A stretch of DNA of 64,000 bases from Antedon mediterranea (lineage: Eukaryota; Animalia; Echinodermata): positions 30,938,001 to 31,002,000 of the forward strand of contig NC_092674.1 of the NCBI RefSeq assembly GCF_964355755.1. Direction: 5' to 3'. The position numbers were made by a program, and so were the translations under genes. The notes under the pieces are model-generated. The model was given only the letters and a program-made list of their open reading frames with translations. It had not been told where the DNA came from and ran no database searches. Shown here piece after piece: positions 63,957-64,000 of the stretch. Within the stretch, counting starts at the first letter, position 1, and each line of letters opens with the position of its first letter.

Positions 63957-64000
63957 GAAAAACAAAACAAACATTATTAAAAGGCATAAGTGCACTGGAA

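Overview
AT-rich, intron-dense animal genomic DNA, not prokaryotic. It is probably a marine invertebrate deuterostome such as an echinoderm (inference from a Deu/Nin-type SINE and TAGGCCTA-rich promoter patches). I assembled seven protein-coding genes by hand from GT-AG exons: the 3' part of a LIM-domain gene (+), a GRXCR-family glutaredoxin/Cys-rich gene (-), SUPT20H (+), EXOSC8 (-), cytosolic LARS1 (+), an intronless ankyrin/SOCS-box gene (-) and the 3' part of CORO7 (-). Non-coding DNA is full of MITEs (PIF/Harbinger-, piggyBac- and Tc1-type), one 2.6-kb long-TIR element, tRNA-SINEs, LINE 3' fragments and tandem repeats. The most notable observations are: (1) tandem amplifications that repeatedly span splice junctions or stop codons, giving arrays of up to 14 AG|GTAAG donors; (2) a spliced but dead Merlin/ISXO2 transposase next to the SUPT20H promoter; (3) a 23-bp P-element-like footprint; (4) SUPT20H-EXOSC8 tail-to-tail synteny as in human; (5) a high-copy MITE carrying CArG boxes. 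All family assignments come from motif recognition, and no database searches were run.
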